A stretch of 64,000 bases of DNA, from assembly GCA_964016885.1 (NCBI GenBank), contig OZ024750.1:35650001-35714000 (forward strand). The letters run 5' to 3'. The notes under the pieces are model-generated. The model was not told where the DNA came from and did not search any database. It saw only the letters and a list, made by a program, of their open reading frames with translations. The position numbers were made by a program, and so were the translations under genes. Shown piece by piece: positions 41,639 through 53,835 of the stretch (its first letter is position 1; each line of letters starts with the position of its first letter). This stretch comes from Eledone cirrhosa (lineage: Eukaryota).

Positions 41639-41814
41639 ATAGAAATAAGGATTTCTTTGTAGGCTACAGGTGATGAAAACATTAAGGACAATGCAATCAT
41701 AAAGAGATTCTGAGGATTTATATGAAATGAGTTAACAGAAAAAAAACAAGCAACAAGATAACAATACATTAATAACAACAGAATTGATAGTGGAGATCAC
41801 CTAAAGACTAAGTC

Positions 41815-42110
41815 TAAAGTCTGCCTCGAGCCTTAGGGCTTGTCAAGCCGGTACTTACCCAAGTTCCCATGGCTTTAATTGACAGAGTACGAGAATTCCC
41901 ACTGGACAGGACACCAGTCTATCACAAGGTTAAAGTCTGTCTTGAGGCTAGAGGATCATCAGTCAGCTACTTATTCCAGTTTCCATGGCATGAAGCAACT
42001 GAGAGTACACAACTCCCTCCTTGACAGGACGCCAACCATCGCAGAGTTAAACTCCCAGATATTGGTGGTACTCATTTTCAGCTGATTATACTGGAGCAAT
42101 GTGAAATGAT
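41815..42110 (-). mobile_element. SINE family B remnant with tandemly duplicated ~118-bp tail
   Basis: taaagtctg...gagtac...gacaggac occurs twice; similar to 30506-30720. Confidence 0.6.
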
Positions 42111-42135
42111 TGATAACATTCTGTTGTAAATATGA

Positions 42136-42235
42136 TAATTGTTTCTACTTTAGGCACAAGGCCAGCACATAAACAGTGCATTACTGGTACTTTATTTTAT
42201 CGACCACGTAAGGATGAAAGGCAAAGTCAACCTCG
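42136..42235 (-). mobile_element. SINE family A, partial
   Basis: tgtttctactttaggcacaaggcc...aaggatgaaaggcaaagtcaacctcg. Confidence 0.8.
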
Positions 42236-42338
42236 ATGATAATAAACAGACAATGTGCTGATGTATACAGCAAATGATATACTTTTAACTGTATAAAGTC
42301 TGGTGTTTATTTTTGTGGCTTATTAATATATGCAGTGA

Positions 42339-42521
42339 TAGTGGATTGGCAGTATCGGTAGAGGGTCGGACGCCATGCTTTCCAGCATAGTTACGTCCCT
42401 TTACGATCTGAGTTCAAATCCCACTGAGGTTGACTTTGCCTTTCATCTTTACGGGGTCGATAAAATAAAGTACCAGTAATGCGCTGGGTAATTTGCTGGC
42501 CTTGTGCCTAAAGTAGAAACA
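42339..42521 (+). mobile_element. SINE family A, full length with 17-bp TSD
   Basis: TGGCAGTATCGG A box, GAGTTCAAATC B box; ATTAATATATGCAGTGA at 42322-38 and 42522-38. Confidence 0.92.
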
Positions 42522-43002
42522 ATTAATATATGCAGTGAGTTTCTCTGCCCTTAGGTGTCGGGAAGGCTCTCAGCAAGAAATGGAAACAGAACTAAAGGAT
42601 GAAGAAAAACACTAATAATTAAAAAATGTCTTTTAATTGATAGATTTTATCCCCACTGATGAAAATATATATATCAAGGAGAAATTACCCAAATTTAAAG
42701 ATCTAGGAGATAGAACTACTGTCCATGTAACTCCAAAACAATCTCTATTGACATGTTATCAAAAGTACTTTTAAAAGTACATAACAAATACTCTCGACTC
42801 CCAAATATTAGAAGGGGTTGGAATAAGCAGGTTTGTGTGTGTGTGTGTGTGTGGAAAATTGGTAAGTTTTCTTAGTTGTAATTGTTGATTTATTTAAAAC
42901 CAAAAATTAGTCGTTTAGTTTACATATTGAGACACCCAACCCATCCTATTTATTTTATAACATATGGGATTTCTAGTAATGTTCTTTTTTTTGTCATGTA
43001 TA

Positions 43003-44830
43003 TCATCATCATCATCATCTTCGTTTAACGTCCATTTTCCACGCTAGCATGGGTTAGACGGGAGTTGTCCCAATTTGAGTCAAGGTTGGTCGGGTGACCG
43101 TGTCTCGCTCATATAGGACTATCTGGCAGGTTTTCTACGGCTGGATGCCCTTCCTAACACCAACCACATTTACAGTGTGGAACTGGGAACTTTTTACCGT
43201 GTTACCTACACCGCCACATTACAGTGTGGACTGTGTTTTTTTTGTTGTGTCACCTACACAATCTCAATCTCATTATCTCATTTATTTGGACTGGATGTTG
43301 TGGTACCAACTTTACAGAGAGAGAGTGGTGTTGGTGGGAGTGGGAGGATAGGGTAGGGGTAGTGGATTGTGGTGTATATTTGGTTAAGAGGTGCCTACTG
43401 ACTGTAGGTTTCACTTTGTACATAGGCAAGGCAGGTCTTCCGTATTACTGCGTAGCGCCAAAGATCTCGGTCCAGTGACATTGTCTTAGAGAGGTGCAAG
43501 TGTGTAAGGTCGGAATTCATTAGATCATCCCAGGTTTTTCTGGGTTTACCTACTCCGTAACTACCATCAATTTTGATCGCCCTGCACGTTTTTATACAGC
43601 TGTCGTCTTTCATGCTCATCACGTGGCCATACCAACATAGTCTTCTCTCAAGTAAACAGCATCTGATCCCTCTTATTCCTAATTTCTCACTTAATTCATT
43701 TATGCTTTGCCGTTCACGTATATTACTATTACACATCCAACGGAGCATTCATGCTTCATTCCTTTCCAGTCTGCGCAGGTCCTCTGCACGTAATGCCCCA
43801 TGACTCACTGCCATGTAGCATTGCTTTCCGTATACAAGCATCATATAATCTGCCTTTCATTTTTAGAGAGAAACATTTTGTGGCCAACAGCGGCATAAGC
43901 TCTCTGAACTTTTTCTATCCCGTTCTGACTCTGGCTACTGTACTTTCAGAACACCCTCCTCCACTGCTGATTTTGTAACCCAGGTAACGGAAAGTGCCTA
44001 CTATTTCTATAGAACCATCTGGGCAATAGAAGGAGCTAGTATCCTGTGGACACTTGCTACTTATTGCACCTGAGCATCGGCCACATATAAAGTCTACGTT
44101 CTTAGATAGTTTACCTGTGATCCCACTACATCTTTTATGTACCCATACTTTGCATTTGGGACATAAAATTGAATTTCTGCCTACTCCTTTCCTACACACT
44201 GAGCATGGCTATTTCCCTGAGGGCACCTGTGACCTATTTTCCTTTCTACAAACTAGAACTTTAGTCTTAGACAAGTTAAATTTAAGGCCTTTTGATTCTA
44301 GGCCATGCTTCCATGTTTCGAATTTCTTCTCTAGTTCAGCCATTGATTCAGCTATGAGCGTTAGATCATCTGCGTATAGGAGTTCCCATGGGCAGCCGGT
44401 CTTGAACTCCTCTGTTATAGCCTGAAGGACAATAATAAATAGGAGGGGGCTAAGGACAGAGCCTTGATGAACGCCAACTTTTACACTAAATTCTTCACAA
44501 TATTCATTGTTAATTCTAACCTTACTGACTGTTTCATTATACATAGCTTGTATAGCTCTCACAAGCCATTCATCTACACCTAGTTTTCTAAGAGCCCACC
44601 AGATAATGAAGCGGGGGACTCTGTCAAAGGCTTTCTCCAGGTCTACAAAAGCTAAGTAGAGGGGTTTACTTTTAGCTAGGTACTTCTCTTGTAGTTGTCG
44701 TACAAGGAAAAGAGTGTCTGTGGTACTTTTACCTGACACAAACCCAAACTGCATTTCATCTAGATCAATTCGCTCTCTGATTAGTTGTGCTATAACTCTT
44801 TCTGTGACCTTCATGACCTGGTCAACTAAC
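43003..44830 (-). mobile_element. 5'-truncated RTE-clade LINE with 3'UTR and (GAT)n tail
   Basis: RT motifs QFGF, FVDLEKAFDRV, GVHQGSVLSP, LLYADD, FRYLG, RLCWYGHV, GKPRKTW; (CAT)n at 43004-19. Confidence 0.9.
43395..44814 (-). pseudogene. Disrupted RTE RT ORF with embedded PHD-type finger
   Basis: Stops at 44209, 43915 and ~43749 plus a frameshift near 43797. Confidence 0.88.
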
Positions 44831-45076
44831 TAATATAATGTTTTTTAATGTATAAAGAAATTAATTGTTGCAGGAATGTTACCACTTAAAATAAAATTTT
44901 GCTGGAAATAGATTAACAAAATTTTAAGCAATCAGGATGGAATAAATACTGGAGATGCAGGGAGCTGAAACATTTATGGGGAGGAGAGGAGGGGGGGGGG
45001 GGGCTATTCGAAACCCGAGGGTACCTTTTATCATTATTTTATTATCATACTATGACTTTTAAACAATTAATTTTAA

Positions 45077-45166
45077 CCTTAAATGCGCTGTTGTCACCAT
45101 AGAGCTATCTCCCCTTAATAAATGTAGTGTCAAAGGAAATAACTCATAACACTAGTGTGCTTAAGG
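45077..45166. mobile_element. Possible 90-bp TTAA-flanked mini-MITE
   Basis: TTAA|CCTTAA...TTAAGG|TTAA; only 6 bp of TIR plus TTAA are exact. Confidence 0.4.
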
Positions 45167-46088
45167 TTAAAGATCTTTATTATTTTCTTCTGTTTTGACA
45201 AACAATTTCTAGAACAATACATCTTTCAAACCGAAGGCTCTCAGTTAAAACACAGATTCTTATCACTTTACTACATTCCTTCCCCCAAAACATGGCAGTT
45301 ACCAACCATTTTACTAACATAATGTCTGCTTGAGTATATAACTGGCTGCTTGATGTCTCTTGGGATCTCTGGGTGGGATTTGGAGTCAGCACGTACAAAC
45401 ACAAAGCAAAATCCGAACAATAAAATAATAATAATAATATTAATAATATTGATACTAATTGTAAGCTTATAACCTGTTTTCATTTTTGAATAAATTATGT
45501 GAATGAAAGCAGGTGTTATGTTAAATTGTATTTCAATCTTATTGGGAAAGAGTTTAAAATATTTTTATAATTTTATTACATCACTTTTTCTTAATAATGA
45601 TGAATAATGTTTAAAATTTTTTGAAATCTAGATTTCAAATTTAGATTCTAGAAATCTACTCAAGGAGTAATAGATGCTGAAATGGTCATCTGGGTGGTAA
45701 GAAACTCTCAGCGGAGCTGGACAGCAGAAGGTCTTCAAATAAGAACCTCCGCCCCAACTCAAGCTGGCGTTTCAGCCATAATATACATACATACATACAT
45801 ATACTCTACGCCAATGATCAATTCTTAAACAAAAATTCTGAGGCAATTTTGGCTTGTAAACACAAATTGCATAAAACTTTCCTGTATTACAACCCGACAT
45901 TATAACCTAACAGATAATACAGACAATATGCAGATAATATACATCATGATGTGCCAGCTAGGTATATTTTATGTTTATACAATTATTTATTTGTATAGGT
46001 AAGTACACCTTATCCGTATGTTCATGCAGGTACATATACGTTTTCGTATGTATATATGCTCGTATGTGTTATAGGTGTATATATGTGT

Positions 46089-46300
46089 ATCATCATCGTC
46101 ATTTTACGTCCACTTTTCCCTGCTTGCAAGGGTGGGACGGGAACTGAATGTGGCTTGATTTCTACAGCTGGATGCCCTTCCTAACACCAACCTCATTTAC
46201 AGTGAGTGGTGGGTGCTTTTTTTTCCGTGGCGCCTACACGTCCACTTTACAGTGTGGGCTGGGCGTTTTTTTGCTGTGGCACCTCCACGACCCCTTTGCA
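46089..46300 (-). mobile_element. RTE 3'-end fragment or RTE-tailed SINE
   Basis: catcatc...acgtcc...ctggatgcccttcctaacaccaacc matches 43003-43260. Confidence 0.75.
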
Positions 46301-46329
46301 GTGGAATGATAGGGACCCCAGTCCTATCA

Positions 46330-46432
46330 TCTCATTTCTACAGCGGAGTAAACTGGATCAATGTGAAATAAAGTGTCTTGCTCAAGGAAACAACACATCA
46401 CCCGGTCCGAGAATTGAAATCACAACCTTTCG
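46330..46432 (-). mobile_element. SINE head/core fragment (family B-like)
   Basis: aaagtgtcttgctcaaggaaacaac is the reverse of the CORE/V-like box. Confidence 0.55.
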
Positions 46433-46481
<49 letters not shown>

Positions 46482-46870
46482 GTGTGCATGTGTATGTATG
46501 GGGTATGTGTGTATGCGTATATATGTATATGCTTATATATGTGTGTGTATATATATATATTTATATATGTATGTGTGTGTGTGTGTATGTATGTATATAT
46601 GTATATGATTATATATGTGTGTGTGTATATATATATATATTTATATATGTGTATGTATATGTATATGTGCGTGTGTATATATATATATATATACACATAT
46701 ATATATGTGTATTTAGGTGTATACGCTCGTATGTGCGTGGGTATATGTGTATATATTTGTCTGGTATACGTACGTGTGCGCGTATTTATGCGTATAAGTA
46801 TGTATGGCGTGCATATTCACGTATACACGAGTGTGTACGTATATATGTGAGTGTATATATGTATATGTAC
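46433..46870. repeat. (TA)n/(TG)n compound microsatellite
   Basis: Direct reading. Confidence 0.9.
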
Positions 46871-47022
46871 TGGCCTAAATTTTAACTATTATTACCTACT
46901 TTTACGATTTTAATAACCTCTGTCATTTTCGTTCAACAAATTCATTTATATTATTTTTAAACTCCGGAGCTGAGAATCATTTGGTTTCGTAAATAGAATA
47001 TTAGTCTAATGAAACCATTTAT

Positions 47023-47737
47023 ATGCAATGCAGATCTTGGGTACACAAGAGATGTAGTGGGATAGCAGGCAAACTAACAGGTAGGGAAAACTACGTATGC
47101 AGTAGATGTACAGGGAAAGTTGGCAGTAGTAATCACAGTGATAGACACATTTTTCAAATGCAGGTGCGTTCTATAGAAGTGGTTGATAGCTTCCGGTACC
47201 TAGGTGATCAGATTAGCATGAGAGGGGGGTACTCCAGGGACATAGTATCTAGAATAAGGACAGGATGGAAGATGTTTAGGGAGCTGCTTCCTCTGTTGAC
47301 AAAGAAGGGTTTCTCCCTGCGTACAAAAGGCCGGTTATATGATGCCTGTGTGAGATGCATGATGCTGCATGGTAGTGAGTCATGGGAAGCAACTACAGAG
47401 GATATGCAATGGCTGAAGAGAAATGAAGCAAGCATGCTCCGTTGGATGTGCAATGTCAATGTGCGTGAACGACCAAGCATAGATGTGTTGAGAGAGAAAC
47501 TGGGTATAAGAGGGATAAGTTGTGGTGTGCAGGAGAGGCGACTGCGATGGTATGGACATGTGATGCGCATGGTGGATGACCGCTGGGTAAAGAAGTGCCA
47601 AGAAATCCCAGTAGAAGGAAGATACAGTAGAGGAAGACCACAAAAAACTTGTGTGGAGGTGGTGAGAGCAGACCTCAGATTGCTGAAGCTCATGGAGGAG
47701 ATAACGAAGGACCGTGACAAGTGGAGAGATGCTGTGC
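47023..47737 (+). pseudogene. Second RTE LINE fragment (PHD remnant + C-terminal RT region), ending in (AG)n
   Basis: WVHKRCSG...VCSRC, FRYLG, KGRLYDAC, MLHGSESW, RLRWYGHV, GRPQKT; homologous to but diverged from 43395-44200. Confidence 0.88.
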
Positions 47738-48295
47738 TGAGAGAGAGAGATAGAGAGAGAGTTTATGTGAGTGAGAGACGGACAGCCAGTCAGACATTTG
47801 TATGTATTTCATCATCATTCTCTGAAAAATTCTTCAATTTTCTAATGAATAAATTATCCTTATATTATCAATGGAGTTGGGGTTTATAGCAGTGATTCTC
47901 AATTGGGAGTCACTTGACTCTCAAGGGAGGAATATAACCAAAGATGGAATCCAAACTGGGAAATAATAGTTGACATGCTGTAACTATCAAATGAAATAGA
48001 AATATAGGGAACTATAAAGTTCATCCCAAATTAACAGCTCACCAATAAAAATCTGCCTCAGACTTAATCCCACCTGGGACTATGTAATTATTGGGGTTTG
48101 AAAAGCTTCTCCATTTTAATATGATGCTTCAGTGAAAGACTTCTAGATGACAATTCAAAATGGGTAAGAAATTGAGGAAACTTGAAATTGCAAAGCCAAA
48201 AATATAACTTGAATCTCTGAGCTAACACATCTTGGATTACAGTTATTAAAGTTCAAATAAAGACTATATTTTCTTACTATATCGTCATCATTTAA

Positions 48296-48513
48296 CCCTT
48301 TAGCATTTACATTACTCTATATATACTATTGTATTTTCATGGTAAAATCTTTACCTCACATAATTATCTCACATAATATCGAATCTATGAGATTTTCATA
48401 TTATTTATTTTGATAACAATACCTTAACATCAGTATGAGTGGCCCGTTACAACCAGTTTGAACAGAAAGAGTTGAAAGAATTCTGGCTAATTATGGCCAG
48501 TTTTTATTTGAAT
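48296..48513 (+). mobile_element. piggyBac-like TTAA MITE copy 5, single internal unit, right TIR lost
   Basis: TTAA|CCCTTTAGCATTTACATTACTC... matching body, runs into a CA-rich tract. Confidence 0.85.
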
Positions 48514-48840
48514 ATACACACACACCACACACATACACACACCACCACTCCAAACACAACACACACACACCACACTACACCACACATCACTACACCACAC
48601 CACACACCACACACTACACTACCCAACACCACACACACCACAACACACTACACCACATTTCACCACACCACACACACCACACCACACCACACCACACCAC
48701 ACCACACTACACCACACCACTCCACACTACACCACACCACCCACACCACTCCACACCACCCACACCACTCCACACCACACTACACCACACCACACCACAC
48801 CACGCCATGCCACGCCGCGCCGCGCAGCTCCGCTCCGCCG
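48514..48840. repeat. (CA)/(CACCA)n low-complexity tract grading into CGCCG units
   Basis: Direct reading. Confidence 0.85.
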
Positions 48841-50170
48841 CGTGTCTTTACACATTTAAACTGTCTCTTTACACATCTAAACTGTCTTTACACATCTCAA
48901 CTGTGTCTTTACACATCTAAACTGTGTCTTTACACATCTAAACTGTGTCTTTACACATCTAAACTGTCTTTACACATCTAAACTGTCTTTACACATCTAA
49001 ACTGTGTCTTTACACATCTAAACTGTGTCTTTACACATCTAAACTGTGTCTTTACACATCTAAACTGTGTCTTTACACATCTAAACTGTGTCTTTACACA
49101 CCTAAACTGTCTTTACACATCTAAACTGTCTCTTTACACATATAAACTGTGTCTTTACACATCTAAATTGTTTCTTTACACATCTAAACTGTGTCTTTAC
49201 ACATCTAAACTGTGTCTTTACACATCTAAACTGTGTCTTTACACATCTAAACTGTGTCTTTACACACCTAAACTGTCTTTACACATCTAAACTGTCTCTT
49301 TACACATATAAACTGTGTCTTTACACATCTAAACTGTGTCTTTACACACCTAAACTGTGTCTTTACACATCTAAACTGTGTCTTTACACATCTAAACTGT
49401 GTCTTTACACATCTCAACTGTGTCTTTACACATCTAAACTGTGTCTTTACACATCTAAACTGTGTCTTTACACATCTAAACTGTGTCTTTACACATCTAA
49501 ACTGTGTCTTTACACATCTAAACTGTGTCTTTACACACCTAAACTGTCTTTACACATCTAAACTGTCTCTTTACACATATAAACTGTGTCTTTACACATC
49601 TAAATTGTTTCTTTACACATCTAAACTGTCTCTTTACACATCTAAACTGTGTCTTTACACACCTAAACTGTGTCTTTACACATCTAAACTGTGTCTTTAC
49701 ACATCTAAACTGTCTTTACACATCTAAACTGTGTCTTTACACACCTAAACTGTGTCTTTACACATCTAAACTGTCTTTACACATCTAAACTGTGTCTTTA
49801 CACATCTAAACTGTCTTTACACATCTAAACTGTCTTTACACATCTAAACTGTCTCTTTACACATCTAAACTGTCTTTACACATCTAAACTGTCTTTACAC
49901 ATCTAAACTGTCTCTTTACACATCTAAACTGTGTCTTTACACATCTAAACTGTCTTTACACATCTAAACTGTCTTTACACATCTAAACTGTCTCTTTACA
50001 CATCTAAACTGTCTTTACACATCTAAACTGTGTCTTTACACATCTAAACTGTCTTTACACATCTAAACTGTCTCTTTACACATCTAAACTGTCTTTACAC
50101 ATCTAAACTGTCTCTTTACACATCTAAACTGTCTTTACACATCTAAACTGTGTCTTTACACATCTAAACT
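48841..50170. repeat. 21/19-bp minisatellite ACACATCTAAACTG(TG)TCTTT
   Basis: Direct periodicity; 19-bp variant is enriched toward the right end. Confidence 0.95.
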
Positions 50171-50251
50171 CACAGATCTAACGAAATGTCTAATAAGAGT
50201 CGGGCTGCGACATTTTCATTGTATGATGCCACCTTTTGAGTTATTATTTTA

Positions 50252-50432
50252 GATTGGCAGTATCGGTAGAGGGTCGGACGCCATGCTTTGACGCATAGAG
50301 TTACCGCCCTTGCCATTCTGAGTTCAAATCCCGCCGAGGTTAACTTTGCCTGTCATCCTTACGGGGTCGATAAAATAAAGTACCAGTAATGTACTGGGTA
50401 ATTGCTGGCCTTGTGCCAAAAGTAGAAACAAT
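50252..50432 (+). mobile_element. SINE family A, full length; tail repeated at 50570-50602
   Basis: A and B boxes, shared core and tail, (ATT)n end. Confidence 0.9.
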
Positions 50433-51106
50433 TATTATTATTATACTCTGCTTAGTACAACCACAAAATACATATTGGAGACTATGTATCGAGTGCTTTC
50501 TTTGGTGAACCTACAGTAACTTGATGTTACAATAATGAAAATATAAATATATATATATAATCATCATCATTGCTGGCCTTGTGCCAAAAGTAGAAACAAT
50601 TATTTATCATAGCATATAATGAGGATTATATGCTAAGGTAACTGTCTGTATACAGGAGCTGAGAGAGGGAGAGGGAGACAAAGGGAGTGTGAGAAAGAGG
50701 GAGATTGAGAGAGGGAGGGGGAGAGTGTGTGTGAGAAAGACAGAGAGAGCATGTGAGAAAAAGAGTGTGTGAGAGAGAGAGGGAGTGTGGGGGAATGAGT
50801 ATGAGGGAGAGTGTATGAGAGGAAGACATATATTTGATTCTATAATCCTCAAGTTTAAATCCCAACAAATACATAACTAATAAAATGGCAAGTCAGTCAA
50901 TCATATCGGTGGCCTCCCCACAGCACCGGCGGACAGGATAGAGAAGGTGTTTCCCCGGAGGACAGCAAGGGAGACGCGCGGGAAACGCCATAGTTGCGCT
51001 AAAAGTAGGAAATCATTGAACAAAGTGGAGAATAAGATTAGTTTTGTTGGGTACAAAACATAAAACTGAAGGAATTCTTATATAAACGACATCTTAATTA
51101 TCGTAT

Positions 51107-51797
51107 GCATATGTACACACATATATATACACACACACACACATATATATACATATACATATGTACACACATATATACACACACACACACACATATATAT
51201 ATATACATATACATATGTACACACATATATATACACACACACACACACACATATACATATACATATGTACACACATATATATACACACATACACACATAC
51301 ATATATATATACATATGTACACACATATATATACACACACACACACATATATATACATATACATATGTACACACATATATATACATACACACACATATAT
51401 ATACATATACATATGTACACACATATATATACACACACACATATATATACATATACATATGTACACACATATATATACACACACACACATATATATATAT
51501 ACATATACATATGTACACACATATATATACACACACACACACATATATATATACATATGTACACACATATATATACACACACACATATATATACATATGT
51601 ACACACATATATATACACACACACACACATATATATACATATATATATGTACACACATATATATATACACACACACATACATATACATATGTACACACAT
51701 ATATATACACACACACACATATATATACATATACATATGTACACACATATATACACACACACACACACATATATATACATATACATATGTACATATG
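51107..51797. repeat. Compound (AT)/(AC) minisatellite built on CATATGTACACAC units
   Basis: catatgtacacacatatat recurs every ~40-50 bp. Confidence 0.9.
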
Positions 51798-51819
51798 AGT
51801 TATATCGAATATTAATAAT

Positions 51820-52183
51820 TGTTTCTACTTTAGGCACAAGGCCAGCAATTACCCAGTGCATTACTGGTACTTTATTTTATCGACCCCGTAAGGATGAAAG
51901 GCAAAGTCAACCTCGACGGGATTTGAACTCAGATCATAAAGGGACGTAACTATGCTAGAAAGCATGGCGTCCGACCCTCTACCGATACTGCCAATCCACC
52001 GAATAATAATAATTGTTTCTACTTTTGGCACAAGGCCAGAAATTATTCCAGTGTATTACTGGTACTTTATTTTATCGACCCCGTAAGGATGAAAGGCAAA
52101 GTTAACCTCGACGGGATTTGAACTCAGATCGTAAAGGGACATAACTATGCTGGAAAGCATGGCATCTGACCCTCTACCAATCC
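51820..52183 (-). mobile_element. Two head-to-tail SINE family A copies
   Basis: Copies at ~51820-51999 and ~52014-52183; ATCGAATATTAATAAT at 51804-19 and 52184-99. Confidence 0.9.
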
Positions 52184-52429
52184 ATCGAATATTAATAATA
52201 ATACTTGATTCGTTTGTCAACAAACAGCCCGATTAAAGCTGTGCCGTGCCAATGATAAATCATCATCCATTTGTTCAACACTGGCATTGTGGAACAATCA
52301 ACATGTTTTGGGGTCATTACCCTTCATTTATGTATCAGCTGTGCTAGGGCAAGAAATAAAATTCTAATTTTATCTTAATTATCATCTTGGTCACAATGAC
52401 CTTCCCCTCTTTCTAGTCCTCACTTGCTT

Positions 52430-52835
52430 GTCTCGTCTTCTTCATCTTCTACTTCTTCTTCTTTTTCTTCACCGTCTCTGTCGTCATCATCATGATAATC
52501 ATCATCATCATCACCATCATCACCAGTGTCTAATTTTATATTGTAAGTCACTTTTGGTTTCTTCTTCTTCTTCATCATGCCCCAACTCCTCCCACGTCAT
52601 CCTCTTCCACATCCTCCTCTTCCTCCACTTCTTCATCTTCGCCTCCTCCTCCTCCCTCTTCATCATCATCATCATCATTGCGCTCATCGTCCACCTCCTC
52701 TCTCTTCTCCTCCACCTCCTCCCTCTTCTCCTCCATCTCCTCCCTCTCCTCCTCCATCCTGTCATTCTCCTCCTCCCCTTCTTTCTCTTCATCTGCCTTC
52801 ACCCCCCCCCTCATCATCATCATCAACAACATCTT
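52430..52835. repeat. (CAT)n/(CTC)n/(CTT)n low complexity
   Basis: Direct reading. Confidence 0.8.
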
Positions 52836-52937
52836 CAATCACATGTATATGCTTTATTATTTTTTTTTATTTCCATTTCCATATTTATGAGATGTACAGA
52901 TTTTTGCTCTTTGTGGGGTGGGTTGTTTTTCTTTATG

Positions 52938-53064
52938 TGCCAGGAAGGGCATCCAGCTGTCGAAACCAAGCCAAAATCAGTTTTTTGCCCACAACAGGAC
53001 ACCTTGTCTAACCCATGCTAGCGTGGAAAATTATTGACATAAAATGGTGATGATGATGATGATA
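52938..53064 (+). mobile_element. RTE 3'-end fragment or RTE-tailed SINE with (GAT)n tail
   Basis: ggaagggcatccagc...tctaacccatgctagcgtggaaaa...gatgatgat is the reverse complement of 43003-43155. Confidence 0.8.
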
Positions 53065-53835
53065 ATGCCAATTTTTGTATATTCTTTTATCTCTATAACG
53101 ATTGACTCAATTTTCACTTGATCAAGTGTGAATTTTCCGACAGTTTACCAAAAATATTGCTAAATCTTTTCAATGCATCAGTTGTATTGCAATACGGATT
53201 ATTGAATGTCAACTTTCTGTTGTTGTTGTTTTTATACGCTTGTTGCTATCCACATTTCATCTTACTATCTCACTTCAAATCATTTTAACAATACTATTCA
53301 TTATCTTTTGCACAAATAACTCTCTTTTTATACAATTAATATTGAACACAGAAGTATTTCTAGTTCTTATGGTTGAAATATTAATTTGGTTCTTAATTCT
53401 TCCTAAATTATTCATTTTCTATCTTACTCTCTCAGTTTTACCTTTTTACCTTAATAATCTGTTATTGTATTGATATAACAACTGTGAGAATTGTAAATTG
53501 AATTCAACTCTAATACAAATATTTTTAATGATTTTAAATAACTTGCATTTTTATAGATTTTAAGAAGCTTTAGAAAAGTACAAGAAGCTTGTATAGCTTA
53601 TCATAGGTAACATTTTTGATATTTCATAAGAAAATCTTTCCCGTCTTTCTTTAATTTCATTACCTGGAAGCATATTTTAATGTTTTGAAAGAAATATTTT
53701 ATTAATTTTCATTTTATATTATTTAAAAGTTTCCAGTTACTGATATGAAATCTTTCTCATCAGATCAGTTCATCTTATATAGTAACTGTATAGTACAGTT
53801 ATTATAGTATACAGTATACAGTAACTGTTTTATAT

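Noticed and set aside
29333-52183. A/B-box sequences as tRNA genes
   Set aside because: No complete cloverleaf; each continues into a shared SINE core and tail
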